NCBI GenBank assembly: GCA_009859145.1
Contig: VRVR01000002.1
Location: forward strand, 62,001 to 126,000
Direction: 5' to 3'
From: Andalucia godoyi And28
Lineage: Eukaryota > Protista > Jakobida
DNA: 64,000 bases
Positions 28,596-38,860 of this stretch are shown in pieces. The notes beneath the pieces are model-generated. The model ran no database searches. It saw only the letters and a list, made by a program, of their open reading frames with translations, and was not told where the DNA came from. Position 1 is the stretch's first letter. Each line of letters starts with the position of its first letter. Made by a program: the position numbers and the translations under genes.

Positions 28596-31247
28596 ATGGC
28601 TGCCGCGATGAAGAACCAGGTTGGAGTACATAGATGTGTGTTCAGCAGTAGTGTCAGTAGTGCTGCTGGTAGTAGTGGGGGTAAGGTACTGCTGCTGTTT
28701 GTGATGCTGGCGGTTCTGCTATTGTCGTTCGGTGCCGATCCGTGTTCAGGAGCTGTTCTTGGAATTGATTTCGGCTCCGACACTCTTAAGCTTGCGCTTG
28801 TGCAACCGGGTTCACCAATTTCAATTGTTGAAAATGAGCAGTCCAAACGAAAGATCCCAAATGGAGTGTCGTTTGTCGATGGCGGTGCTGAGCGATTCTT
28901 GTCGGAACTTGCCGGAAATATGGCAGCCCGAGCTCCCCAGACTACATTTCTTGCGCTCAAGCATCTCCTAGGAGTGGACTTTGATCGTGCAGAACAAATT
29001 GTCAAAGAATATGCACTTCCATATTCAATTGAACGTGATCCAGAGCGCGGAACTGTGCTTTTGCGGGTCTCGGAGTCTCTGGTGTTCGCTCCTGAACAGC
29101 TTGTTGCAATGGTTTTGGCCAATGCGAAGCGGTTGGCAGAGATCCAAGCGACCGCAAATGCCAATTCTCCGTCTGTGACGAACATCGCTGTCAGGGACTG
29201 CGTCGTTGCAGTTCCCTTTGGGTACTCGGAAGTGCAGAGAAGGGCGTTGGAAAATGCTGCGAAACTTGCTGATTTGAGTATCATTTCGTTTGTCAGCGAC
29301 CACTTGGCTGCCGCCATTCGGTTTGGACTGTCCAAACTTCGGAAACGCGACGACATGCCCGCCGACAAGCGAATGATTGTCATGTTTGTCGATGTTGGGG
29401 CCTCGGGGACTTCGGCTGCTGTTGTCGAATATGTGGATGAAAAGGACGAGAAAAAGAAGACACGTGCTCTCGGAAGCATTGTTACGCTAGGTGCCCACTA
29501 CGCTCCCGTCTTCGGTGGCGACTATATCGACACTGCGCTGACACGTCTCTGGGCTGGGGAGTTCGACAAGTTACATGCTGGAAAGAGGGAGGTAGCGGCA
29601 TCGGTAATGGAGGAAGCAAAGGCCGTTGCAAAGATGCGCAAAGAAGCAAAGAGAGTCCGAGAAATTCTTTCTGCAAACGATCGCATTCCGGTGGTCTTTG
29701 AAGGACTTACTGGTGATCTTGACTACAAGACCGTCCTCGATCGCGCGACTCTCGAAGGCATTGCTGCCCCCGTTGCCGATGCTGTGGAGGCTGTTGTTCG
29801 TGCGGCATTGGTTGCCGCAAACGTGTCCGCCGCCGAGCTTGAAGCAATCGAAGTCATTGGAGGAACAGCAAGAATGCCGCTGATCCGCAATCGCATACGC
29901 GCCGCTGGACAGCGAGACGCCGCAAGCTCGCTCAATTCGGACGAGGCCGTTGCTTTGGGAACTGCCAACATTGCTGCGAATGCAGTCCCGGGAATGAAGG
30001 TTAAGACATTTGAGTATCAAGACCTGTTCTACGGAAATGCGCTCACCATGCGGATTGTGGCGGCGGACGGAGCGGACAAGGAGAACAAAGATGTCGTTGT
30101 GTTCGAGGAAGGAATGCCGATTGGGAAGAAGAAGAACGTCAACTTCAAGACCATTGCTCATGATTTCCAATTTACACTGAACGCGATTCCTGGAGTGATG
30201 TACTCCGTCAAGGGGATTGGAAAAGCGGTCGAAAGGATCAGGGCAACCGCGAACGAGACACGGCTGATCCTCAGCAACGGAGTTCCACGCACCAAGCTGA
30301 CCTTTTCGCTCGACGACTCCTCTCGTGTGGCGGTCCTCGCTGCTCGTGCCATGTTTGATGTGAATGTTACGGTCTTGGTGAACCGGACAGTGGTGGTTTC
30401 CGAGTCGGAAAATCGCACAGAACTTGTCGAGCAGGTCGAGAAGGTTACCGAGGAAGTTGCGCTCGTCGTTGAAGAAGAGTTTGCGGTAGGCAAACCCATG
30501 TCTACGTCGCATCTTGCGTCGTACAGGAGTGCTCTGCTGCAGCTCGATCGTGAAGAGAAAAAACGTAGGGATCGTGCCCGTGCCCGAAATGACCTGGAGT
30601 CGTATGTGTATGCCATGAAAGAAAAGTTGGGTGCGGAGGACTCCGACATTTCCGACGACGAGTACGTTGCGTACTCCACGCCTGATGAGCGCTCGGAGCT
30701 GCGCGATTTGCTGAACTTGGCGGACGAATGGAACTTTGACCATGGGGATGCTGCACCAATTGACGAAATCAAGGAGCAGCATGACAAGGTCTCTGCGATC
30801 GACAAGGCTGTTGCGGCCCGAATCCTGCAGACGGTGGTGTTGCCCGAGGCATTTAATCGCTGCCTCACTTCTTTGGATGTGTTGTCAGAGAATCTCACGC
30901 AAAAGGTCCTGCCAGAGGATGTCGAGAAGGTCTCCACGGATATTGATGGTGTTCGGTTGTACGTCGTGGAACAGCAAGCTGCATACCAAGCGTTGGCAAA
31001 GTCCGCGGATCCGTTGGTTACCGATTCCGATGTCGATGCCAAGTGCGAGGAGGTGAAGCGATCTGCAGCACTCCTTGTGCGAAAGAGAAAGGATAAGGAG
31101 AGAGAAGAGAGAGAGCGTGTGCGCCGAGAAAAGGAAGCCAAAGACCGTGCCAGACGAGAAGCAGAAAAGGAGGATCGTTCGGAGCCCGCGGCAGATGCCG
31201 AGGCGGAAGGCGACTTCCAGTCGAAAGGCCGTAAGGATGAGCTTTAA
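28596..31247 (+). CDS. HYOU1: ER Hsp70-family nucleotide exchange factor HYOU1/GRP170/LHS1
   Basis: Signal peptide, AVLGIDFGSD, NEQSKRKIP, IEVIGGTARMP, NSDEAVALG, ARNDLESYVY and C-terminal KDEL. Confidence 0.93.
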   Translation: MAAAMKNQVGVHRCVFSSSVSSAAGSSGGKVLLLFVMLAVLLLSFGADPCSGAVLGIDFGSDTLKLALVQPGSPISIVENEQSKRKIPNGVSFVDGGAERFLSELAGNMAARAPQTTFLALKHLLGVDFDRAEQIVKEYALPYSIERDPERGTVLLRVSESLVFAPEQLVAMVLANAKRLAEIQATANANSPSVTNIAVRDCVVAVPFGYSEVQRRALENAAKLADLSIISFVSDHLAAAIRFGLSKLRKRDDMPADKRMIVMFVDVGASGTSAAVVEYVDEKDEKKKTRALGSIVTLGAHYAPVFGGDYIDTALTRLWAGEFDKLHAGKREVAASVMEEAKAVAKMRKEAKRVREILSANDRIPVVFEGLTGDLDYKTVLDRATLEGIAAPVADAVEAVVRAALVAANVSAAELEAIEVIGGTARMPLIRNRIRAAGQRDAASSLNSDEAVALGTANIAANAVPGMKVKTFEYQDLFYGNALTMRIVAADGADKENKDVVVFEEGMPIGKKKNVNFKTIAHDFQFTLNAIPGVMYSVKGIGKAVERIRATANETRLILSNGVPRTKLTFSLDDSSRVAVLAARAMFDVNVTVLVNRTVVVSESENRTELVEQVEKVTEEVALVVEEEFAVGKPMSTSHLASYRSALLQLDREEKKRRDRARARNDLESYVYAMKEKLGAEDSDISDDEYVAYSTPDERSELRDLLNLADEWNFDHGDAAPIDEIKEQHDKVSAIDKAVAARILQTVVLPEAFNRCLTSLDVLSENLTQKVLPEDVEKVSTDIDGVRLYVVEQQAAYQALAKSADPLVTDSDVDAKCEEVKRSAALLVRKRKDKEREERERVRREKEAKDRARREAEKEDRSEPAADAEAEGDFQSKGRKDEL

Positions 31248-31601
31248 TGTATCGGTAGTCATGAAATAGATTGTGTAAAATGAAAAAAACGTAGTATCGT
31301 GTGTGGAGTTCAGCATGGTCGAGTGTCATTTTGGTAGATTGCTTCGCATGTCTCACACTTTATATTCAACCACGGGCAGAATACTCTCGGGAAAGGGGGT
31401 TTCTTTGATACCGTGATTATTACAAGGCATTTCTCCGGACAACGGGATTACACACGCAACAACAACGACAACAACAACGAAATGATCATATAGAAGAGCA
31501 AAACCAAGAAAAATCACGTTTTTCCCTTTCTACTGTCCGGGCGCTTATGTTTCCGGTTTGCAGTTCTCCCAGTTTCTCAAGAGACAAAAAGTCAAAAGTC
31601 C

Positions 31602-32873
31602 ATGAACAAACAACCGACCGCCGAAAGTTCGGTCAACGACGTTTTGAATGGCGCATGCCAGACACTTGCTCCAGATTGTCAGTCATCGATCATGCCGTGC
31701 GAGGATTGTTCGGCACGCCTGGCGCACGGTTCCGCCCCGACTGATCACAACATTCAGCAAGTGTGCGATACGAATCTGGACTGCATCTCGATTCGCAAAC
31801 ATTTTCAATCGTTTGGATGGGCGGTGTCAGAAGAGATTGTATTGATTGTTGCGAAGTCCACATGTGGAGTTCCTTGTGTGTTGTTCCGAATGTTTGATTT
31901 GCTGAAGCATTTTGTGGTCGGCGAAGATGTGGAGTTAGAGTATGGCGCCGTCTCCAGCATTCTAAAGGACGTGTTCCTTCCGCCACGTGGCCCCGACCTG
32001 GTCTCGCTCGATGCTTCTCGAGCGGTTCGGTACCTCACCTCCAGCGAATTCGTCGGTCAGCTGGCGCTTTTCGTGCATGCTTGCAGACTTCCTTCCGGTT
32101 CAGGAGCACTCGAAATCCTCGATCGTCTCGTCGAACGCGATCCCGGCATGAATGGTGTCGAGTTTTGCAGAGATGTGCCTTCACTTTTGCACCTCTTGCA
32201 AACAACCTCACTCGTCTTTGCAGTTGCCGAGACCGAGACCGAGACCGCAGCCAAGTCACCACGTCTTTTAATTCGCTTTGCATGTCCTCTTTTCAGAAAA
32301 ATGTACATTCTACAACGATGGGGATCGGCGTATCATGGTTCGATTTCTCGCGACAGAGCAAGCTCGCTGCTTCGGAAGGGTCTTCTTACCTGTGTTGTTG
32401 AGCTTCTGCAGTTCTGCTTTTCTCGAGACATCTTCGCCAAAACTGCTGCCAGCGCCTGCTCCGGAACAATCAAGTTTCTCACTGGAGAGTCCCATGCTGC
32501 GGTCTATGCGAAGTTCCAAGATTTGTACCCGTGGGTCTTCATCGACCCGGATGTGGGGGCTTCCCTCGGAATGGTAGACAGTTTTCTGGACTTTTATTTA
32601 GGCGGCAGCTTCCATTGGGGAATTGCGGTGTTGAGAGACTGTGAGAGCGTCGAAGCTTGTCAGCAGCGTTTTGAACGCGGAGGTGATTTCCATGTGCTGA
32701 ACCTGAATGCATACGTTCTCGTCAACATTCACTCGCCTGGAAGCGCAGTGCAGGAGACGAGCGGCCTGCACTCACCGAGCATTCACGAACTGCATGTGCA
32801 TGTGAGCCCCGATTTTCAAACGGCGTTGCTTTCCCACAACGGCACCAATCTCTCGATCAATATTTCCCCGTAG
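31602..32873 (+). CDS. Orphan 423-aa protein, partly helical-repeat-like
   Basis: Long ATG-initiated ORF with coding-like composition; no family recognised. Confidence 0.6.
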   Translation: MNKQPTAESSVNDVLNGACQTLAPDCQSSIMPCEDCSARLAHGSAPTDHNIQQVCDTNLDCISIRKHFQSFGWAVSEEIVLIVAKSTCGVPCVLFRMFDLLKHFVVGEDVELEYGAVSSILKDVFLPPRGPDLVSLDASRAVRYLTSSEFVGQLALFVHACRLPSGSGALEILDRLVERDPGMNGVEFCRDVPSLLHLLQTTSLVFAVAETETETAAKSPRLLIRFACPLFRKMYILQRWGSAYHGSISRDRASSLLRKGLLTCVVELLQFCFSRDIFAKTAASACSGTIKFLTGESHAAVYAKFQDLYPWVFIDPDVGASLGMVDSFLDFYLGGSFHWGIAVLRDCESVEACQQRFERGGDFHVLNLNAYVLVNIHSPGSAVQETSGLHSPSIHELHVHVSPDFQTALLSHNGTNLSINISP

Positions 32874-33130
32874 AAGTGAGATGCACTATTCCATTTCTTT
32901 ATTGCATCCATCTACCAAGAGTGACGCATTGCACATCCTTTCCCCCAAGAGCCAACGAGATCCAGCCCCTCCCGCCTCTCTCCCCCGGCACTTGCCTTTC
33001 TGTTCGACAAACGCGAGAATTAAAAACAACATACATGTACAATTCAATACGGAATCAGAAAGATGAGGATGCGAACACGAGGGAAGCAAGACCATCTTTC
33101 TTTTTTTTCTTCTTGTTTTTGATATTGCAA

Positions 33131-33589
33131 TTAACTTCGCTTGGCATCGGCATCTGACACTGAACTATGGCAGCAAACCTTCCCAGTTTCGTTGATCAAT
33201 CGTGACGAGTGCCATTGTGACCCAACAAAAGCCGCACATCCAAGAAGCGATGCAGCGGTCCGTGCAGATTCAGGAAGTCCACTGAATACATGATCCATCA
33301 TAAAGTGGGAGTGACTGCCGAGAATTGCAGCTAAGCCTGCTGTGCCGACGACGGTCGTTGGTACATTTCGATGCAAAGAGTAGTTTCGAATCACACTGTA
33401 AGTACCAAACGGCGCAACAAAGTACCATGTCGCAGCATGAGCGAAATGATGAAGCGTTTGAGAAGCCGTCGCCCCCTCCATCCCTGCAGACGCTACAGAC
33501 AGAATAGGAAGCAGCGTGCACTCAATCGTACACAGAACCGATCCAATTGCAGTTGATCGCTGAATCACCCTTTGCCAAAGCGTCGACAT
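33131..33589 (-). CDS. MerC-domain (metal-transport-like) small membrane protein
   Basis: SVLCTIECTLLP resembles MerC SxLCxxHCLxxP; NYSLHR matches the YxxHR motif; about four TM segments and His clusters. Confidence 0.65.
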   Translation of the reverse strand: MSTLWQRVIQRSTAIGSVLCTIECTLLPILSVASAGMEGATASQTLHHFAHAATWYFVAPFGTYSVIRNYSLHRNVPTTVVGTAGLAAILGSHSHFMMDHVFSGLPESARTAASLLGCAAFVGSQWHSSRLINETGKVCCHSSVSDADAKRS

Positions 33590-33623
33590 CTTCTTCTTCT
33601 TCTTCTTCTTCTTCTTCTTCTTC
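33589..33623. repeat. (TCT)n trinucleotide repeat abutting the MerC-like ATG
   Basis: Directly visible. Confidence 0.95.
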
Positions 33624-33892
33624 TTTTTTTCCCAACTCTCCCCTGGATCTTTTCGCTACTTTTTGTATCAACCACCAGCGCTTGCGAAAAACTTTGGCAA
33701 TTTCAAAATCTCTTCAAGTTTGGCTTCACATTCTTTTGCAAAATATAATAATATCTCCGACGATTTTCATCCGACAGCGCTACACTGCGAACAGCCGATA
33801 TACAAAACGAATCAAAAGCAAAGCTAAACAAAACAAAAAACAAAAAATAAATAAACCCAAATAAAAGACACGTAGATTATGTAATAGCCAGT

Positions 33893-34654
33893 TTATAACA
33901 CTCGAAACCATTCACAGTTTGCAAGCATTGCTGCAATCTTTTCGAGCCACGTCTTGTCCACTTCATCCCATGCAGAAACTGTCCGAGCATCGCCGTCGAG
34001 CACCGCCACAACTCGCCTGCTTTCATTGTCGAGCGCCACACTACCAGCACCACTGCTATCATCCGCTGGGAGGAATGGAATCATGATAGGAACGACAATC
34101 TCTGATTTTGAGTGACTATCACACGCAATATGTCCCGGAAAGGCGTCGACATCGGGTACGACAATCGTCCTTTTCTGTGCCCATGCGGTCCCACATACTC
34201 CTCGGCCCCGTTTGATTCGCAAGCACGCTACTTTCCCCATGAACGGGCCGACAACAAGCTCTGCATTGGACTCGTCCTTTGCGACGCGCCATGCTTTCAA
34301 AGGGTCGTCGCCGGTCTTTGCACTCGCAGTCACAATGTAGAACCCGATCCAGTTCACGAGTCCTGGAGATGCATGCTCAAAGGCTTCTGAGAGAGCAGAT
34401 GCAACAGTTGCACAGGCTGCCACAGGGTGCTTTTCGTCGTGCAGCAGCGGGAAAAGCTGGTCGCAAAGTGCTGCATACAGAGACGCTTTGTACTCGGCTG
34501 GAATCACAGCAGGACGGCTTTCCATCGCATTCCCACTCCCATTCCCATTCCCATTCCCGCTTCCATGAGTGCTCCTTAGTGATGCGGGAACTTCCGGCAA
34601 GCTTAGTACGTGCATCGTCCGTCTGTCACAATATTCTTTTTCCCTTTTACGCAT
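33893..34654 (-). CDS. msrC: GAF-domain free methionine-R-sulfoxide reductase (fRMsr/MsrC); start may be a downstream ATG
   Basis: NWIGFY, VGPFMGKVAC, GRGVCGTA, VPDVDAFPGHIACDSHSKSEIVVP and VAVLDGD. Confidence 0.92.
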   Translation of the reverse strand: MRKREKEYCDRRTMHVLSLPEVPASLRSTHGSGNGNGNGSGNAMESRPAVIPAEYKASLYAALCDQLFPLLHDEKHPVAACATVASALSEAFEHASPGLVNWIGFYIVTASAKTGDDPLKAWRVAKDESNAELVVGPFMGKVACLRIKRGRGVCGTAWAQKRTIVVPDVDAFPGHIACDSHSKSEIVVPIMIPFLPADDSSGAGSVALDNESRRVVAVLDGDARTVSAWDEVDKTWLEKIAAMLANCEWFRVL

Positions 34655-34826
34655 TCTTCTATTTCTTTTGTTGTGTCAAAACACAGGGTTTCACGGCTTT
34701 CCCCAAAAACCAAACGTCGAAGCAGACGGACCTCGCATGGGAAATACGAAAGTTTTTCTCACTCCCCTCCTGCCGTCGACACCCACAAAGGGAGGAAAAG
34801 GTAAAGAAAGACGACGAGATTGTATT

Positions 34827-35777
34827 TTAGTTTCGATAGAGGTCGATTGATCGAATGTCGAGCGAGAAATCCACTTCTTGGGCAAGTGTTTGTCGATCGA
34901 AGGTGGATTCTGGGAGCATCTGCAGTCCAATGGCGAGCGACGCGACAGAATTGAGGTTTGGTTCCGTCTGCACATGTTCTTGGACCCTACCGCGCCACGT
35001 CAGCACGAACCTATTGAACGGGATCTTAATTGAAACCCAGTACTTTTCATCAATACCGGGAATCTTTGCATCACTCGTCCGCGGAACAGAGAGTTGCTCA
35101 GGTCGGATAAGAGCCATGTACACATCGTCGCGAACCTGGCTGTCCGTTTTCAATGTCACCGAGACCCCCCGAATCACGCTGCTCGCGCTCACCTCGGCCG
35201 GCGCTGCAGTCGTGGATGCTGGCGGTGGTGATGGTGATGACGGCGGCGACGATAAGGTCACTCTCAGCATCGACAAGTCGATTTGCACACCTTCATAATC
35301 ATGCCAAATTCCCCGAGCTTCTTTTGGTTGGGTGTGATACTGTACCCAGTTTGAAAAGGCACTGATGTGACCTTGCGAGGTCGCTTCTCCGCCGGCATGC
35401 ACCTTCCTCGAGATACCATCGCATTGTTGCTGCTGCTGTTGTTGTTCTGATTCTCGATGTATACGTTCAAATTCGGAGAGCCTGGGAAATGTTTGCACTG
35501 CGGCAAATGCACTAGCCATGTGTTGTCCAGTGTTTTCCACGCTATTTGTGTTTTGTGCAAGTCGCAGCGTTCCGTGAAAAGTATAGAACGGACGGGATTC
35601 ACTCGGAGGCAGTACGTGGCTTTCTGAATGGCCCCCAAGTTGACGATCGTCCACTGGCTGCAGTCCCAATCCGCGAATTCCAGAACCCGTCGACGCCGTC
35701 AAAACACGGAAAAAAGGTTCAACATGCGGATTGATGGACAGCACTTGCTTCAGTCGAGTTGATATCGATTTCAGCAT
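34827..35777 (-). CDS. NDUFAF1: Complex I assembly factor CIA30/NDUFAF1
   Basis: GGHSES, FSNW, DYEGVQI, YWVSIKIPFNRFVLTWRGRVQ and FSLDIRSI. Confidence 0.8.
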   Translation of the reverse strand: MLKSISTRLKQVLSINPHVEPFFRVLTASTGSGIRGLGLQPVDDRQLGGHSESHVLPPSESRPFYTFHGTLRLAQNTNSVENTGQHMASAFAAVQTFPRLSEFERIHRESEQQQQQQQCDGISRKVHAGGEATSQGHISAFSNWVQYHTQPKEARGIWHDYEGVQIDLSMLRVTLSSPPSSPSPPPASTTAAPAEVSASSVIRGVSVTLKTDSQVRDDVYMALIRPEQLSVPRTSDAKIPGIDEKYWVSIKIPFNRFVLTWRGRVQEHVQTEPNLNSVASLAIGLQMLPESTFDRQTLAQEVDFSLDIRSIDLYRN

Positions 35778-36074
35778 CTATTTTGAAATCTCCTCTCCGC
35801 TCACCCACAACCTCTGCAGCTCCCCTCTCTATTGCTCTATCTCTCTGTCCCCCTGGTTCTCTGATTCTCACTGGTTCGTGCACACGACACGCGTTTGCTG
35901 TTCGAGAGGGGGGTCAAACATGCCTCAACTGGCAAGCCTCAAGAACCACATAGCACAAAAGAAACCCGATTTTATTCCTCTTGAAATTGAGATGGCGCGT
36001 ATCGTGTGACTGAGGATCACCAGCAGCCAAGAGCAGCTCACGGTCTGCGATCGAGGTAGAAGTGGTAGTGGGAA

Positions 36075-36614
36075 ATGACCGGGTCTCGTGAAGTTCCGAA
36101 AGATCGGCTGTTCGATAAAGCGATGAAGGATGCGTGTTGGAATGCATCAAAGCCTGTGCAAGGCCGAGATCCTGAGCGCTGGCGACTTGATCCGGCGGGC
36201 AACATTGTAAGTTATGTGCTGCGGGGATGCACAGGCTGTTTATGCCACGATTACGATCATATTGTTCCGTACAGCAAAGGCGGGAAAACCGAGCTGTCCA
36301 ATTGCCAGATTCTGCAGTCGCGAGCCAACAAGATTAAGGGCAACAAGACAGATGTTAGCCGCGACGAGCTGAAGTCGTGGTCGTGTGCAGTCCAGTACAG
36401 CGATGACGTCCTCGATGTGTTTGAAATGGCACTATATGGAAACGTGAAGAGACCCGCGCGCATGTGCAGATGTCTCACGATTGGCGAACTCGGAAAGATG
36501 ATCCAAAAGGGCCAAATCTCTGCAATGGCGGCCGCTGCGCAAAACTACTGCGTGCGGCCAGATGCTCCAGGTACTCCCAGTTCCGACGCTGCACAAGCAA
36601 AGCTCATCGACTGA
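36075..36614 (+). CDS. Cys-rich HNH endonuclease of the plant/protist type
   Basis: GRDPERWRLDPAGN, CTGCLCHDYDHIVPYSKGG and SNCQILQSRANKIKG (H-N-N variant). Confidence 0.85.
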   Translation: MTGSREVPKDRLFDKAMKDACWNASKPVQGRDPERWRLDPAGNIVSYVLRGCTGCLCHDYDHIVPYSKGGKTELSNCQILQSRANKIKGNKTDVSRDELKSWSCAVQYSDDVLDVFEMALYGNVKRPARMCRCLTIGELGKMIQKGQISAMAAAAQNYCVRPDAPGTPSSDAAQAKLID

Positions 36615-36885
36615 TTGCTGTTGTTGCAAAGGGAGAAAAATAATATTAAAAATAATAAATAAATAAATAGCAGAAATCAAAAACAAAAAGAAAGGAGGGG
36701 GAAAATGGAAACCATCATGTTGCACTCCAGAGCTGCGCACGCATATGCATTTACATTGACAGATCCTACACAGCTCCGAGATTTTCTAGCTGTTGTTTCA
36801 GTGGCGCGTATGGAGTGGCGTAGCGGACAGAGTACACAAGGATGAATAACAGAAACAGAAAATAGAGAGTTCGGATAACAAGGTG

Positions 36886-37185
36886 CTACTTGCCAGACTT
36901 GTTTTCTGCTTCGGCGTTCTTTGCTTTCCAAAAGTCCACGGAGCCTTTCCATGGCCCAAAGTAAAACAACGGCTTCTGCGGTGGGAATCTCTCTCCGGGA
37001 AATTCCCTCCAGAAGCGCTCTCGTTTGATCTTCATGTATGAAAAGTATGCGATCGACGCCGCCACCATTCCAATGCCAAACGACGCAATCATCAACGGAA
37101 CCGATGCATTCGGGCTATACTGGCGAATGCGCCGCCTCAGCTCCCTTGTTTCTAGAATCTCGTACTTTTGGCCCTTTACACTCAT
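36886..37185 (-). CDS. Small single-pass membrane protein (99 aa), function unknown
   Basis: MSVKGQKYEILET..., hydrophobic LMIASFGIGMVAASIAYFSY, basic/aromatic tail. Confidence 0.5.
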   Translation of the reverse strand: MSVKGQKYEILETRELRRRIRQYSPNASVPLMIASFGIGMVAASIAYFSYMKIKRERFWREFPGERFPPQKPLFYFGPWKGSVDFWKAKNAEAENKSGK

Positions 37186-37366
37186 TTCTTCCCTCCGCTC
37201 TCCCGACTCTCCCGGCTCTCCCGGCTCTCCGGCACTCTGGACTGCCCCCGAAGACTGTGGGTACGTTTCCCGTCTTTTGAACGAATCGTGAACTGTCAGT
37301 GGAAAAATCTGGAGTACAGACGATGAGGGTGGTTTTTTATTTTTTATTTTACCGGTATTATTTTTT

Positions 37367-37951
37367 TTACAGTAAGCTCTCTGTCCATGCAGGCCGGAGC
37401 CCGGTGATGAGTTGCGTAATAGGCCATTCGTCACGGTGCAGGATCACTTTAGAGTGCTGATCAAACTCGAGATGAACATGATTGTCAAGCATGATCGCGA
37501 TCGGCAGGTACTTGAGCTTGTACTTCTGTCGACACAGCGCATCCGATTCCACGACGACCTTGCGGTGCTTCTGCTCGCGAGAGTGGTACGGGTGCTGCTC
37601 GAGCGGTGTGTGGACATCCAGTGATGTGGAGACGTTCACGATCGACGCGCAGCACTTTGCAACAAGTCCAAAGAGCCGCGAGACCGACTCTCTTCCATCC
37701 CCCATCGACAGCGGATCCTCGAACCGCGTGTCCGCAGAGTAGTATCGGTCCACGAGCGTCAGGTCAGGGCGACTCGAATACATGCCCGCAAGTATGCTCT
37801 CAGATATGCTTTTCACCTCCTCCAGATTCACCCCCAAAGCCCCTCTTCCATCACCCTCCCTTCCATTCCCAAGGCCTGCATCAAAGTCAAATTCCGGAGC
37901 ATCAGCGGCTGTAAGCATGTGCCTCCGTTGGCGTACATCGCCGTCCGCCAT
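37367..37951 (-). CDS. SnoaL/NTF2-like fold protein; a terminal intron is possible
   Basis: YYSADTRFEDPL...GRESV and KVILHRDEW motifs. Confidence 0.7.
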   Translation of the reverse strand: MADGDVRQRRHMLTAADAPEFDFDAGLGNGREGDGRGALGVNLEEVKSISESILAGMYSSRPDLTLVDRYYSADTRFEDPLSMGDGRESVSRLFGLVAKCCASIVNVSTSLDVHTPLEQHPYHSREQKHRKVVVESDALCRQKYKLKYLPIAIMLDNHVHLEFDQHSKVILHRDEWPITQLITGLRPAWTESLL

Positions 37952-38860
37952 TCCAGCCAATGAAGCAAGTAAACAAATTCAGACAACGGAACAACGATGA
38001 AACTGAAGGAAAACAGTGCAGTGGCAAGAGAGCAGCAACATCAGCAGCAAAAGAAGAAAGAAAAGGGGGTTGAAAAAACCTGGTCTGCTTTTTGGCTTAT
38101 ACAAAAGAAAACCCACTTCCAGTTCTTGTGTTGTTGTGGTTTGTTGTTGTAGCAGTAGCTGCAGCAAAGATGAATTCCGTCGCATCTTCATCATCATCTT
38201 CTGCTATTTTCGTGGGGTGTGCGCATCTGTCATAGACAACGAATATCGTAGGGGGCCAGACAGTCTTCTCCCCCAACTGCGAACGACCCAGAGCAAAACC
38301 TCAATTTTTAATTAATTATTATTGTTACTATTGTTTTTTTTGTTGTTGAAAGCGGCTTCCTTCGCTTCGAGCTCCCACATCAGGCCTCAACGCATCCAAC
38401 GGTCGTAGATCCTATCGGAACACAAATGTCTCCAATTTGTCCGACAATCGTTTTTTCCTTGGCTTAAATCTCCGACTCTCCAATTCGGCCTCGAAGGTTT
38501 CCCGAATAACGCTGCACGACAGAGGTTCGATCTAGTGTATTGATTCTTCTTTCGCTGTGAAGTGTGAACTCTCTCATTCGTCCACTCCTTTTCTGTTTTT
38601 TGTTGGTTTGTTCGTTGGAAAACAAATCACAAAACAACTTGAAGATTTTCCCTTGTTTTCAGGTGCAGTCGGGTTTGACCGTTTCCTTGCTCGCAGTTCC
38701 TGTTTCCTGCGTTTGCCCTGTGCCGTCTGCTTCGTCGGTGTAGAAATCAAAATCAAAATCAAAAACCAAACCAACTATCTCACTAACCAACGGACTAACG
38801 AACAATAGCAATAATAATCGTCACAATCATAATCAGTGGCAACCAACCAAGGGTGTGAAA

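Noticed and set aside
28469-31141. Long antisense ORFs (336, 403 and 327 aa) opposite HYOU1; similar shadows opposite CFAP58, sestrin and URB1
   Set aside because: Antisense open frames are a known by-product of codon bias, especially in Hsp70-family genes; they show no independent motifs.
38500-38545. GGTTCGATC resembling a tRNA T-loop
   Set aside because: The flanks do not form a T-stem, acceptor stem or cloverleaf.
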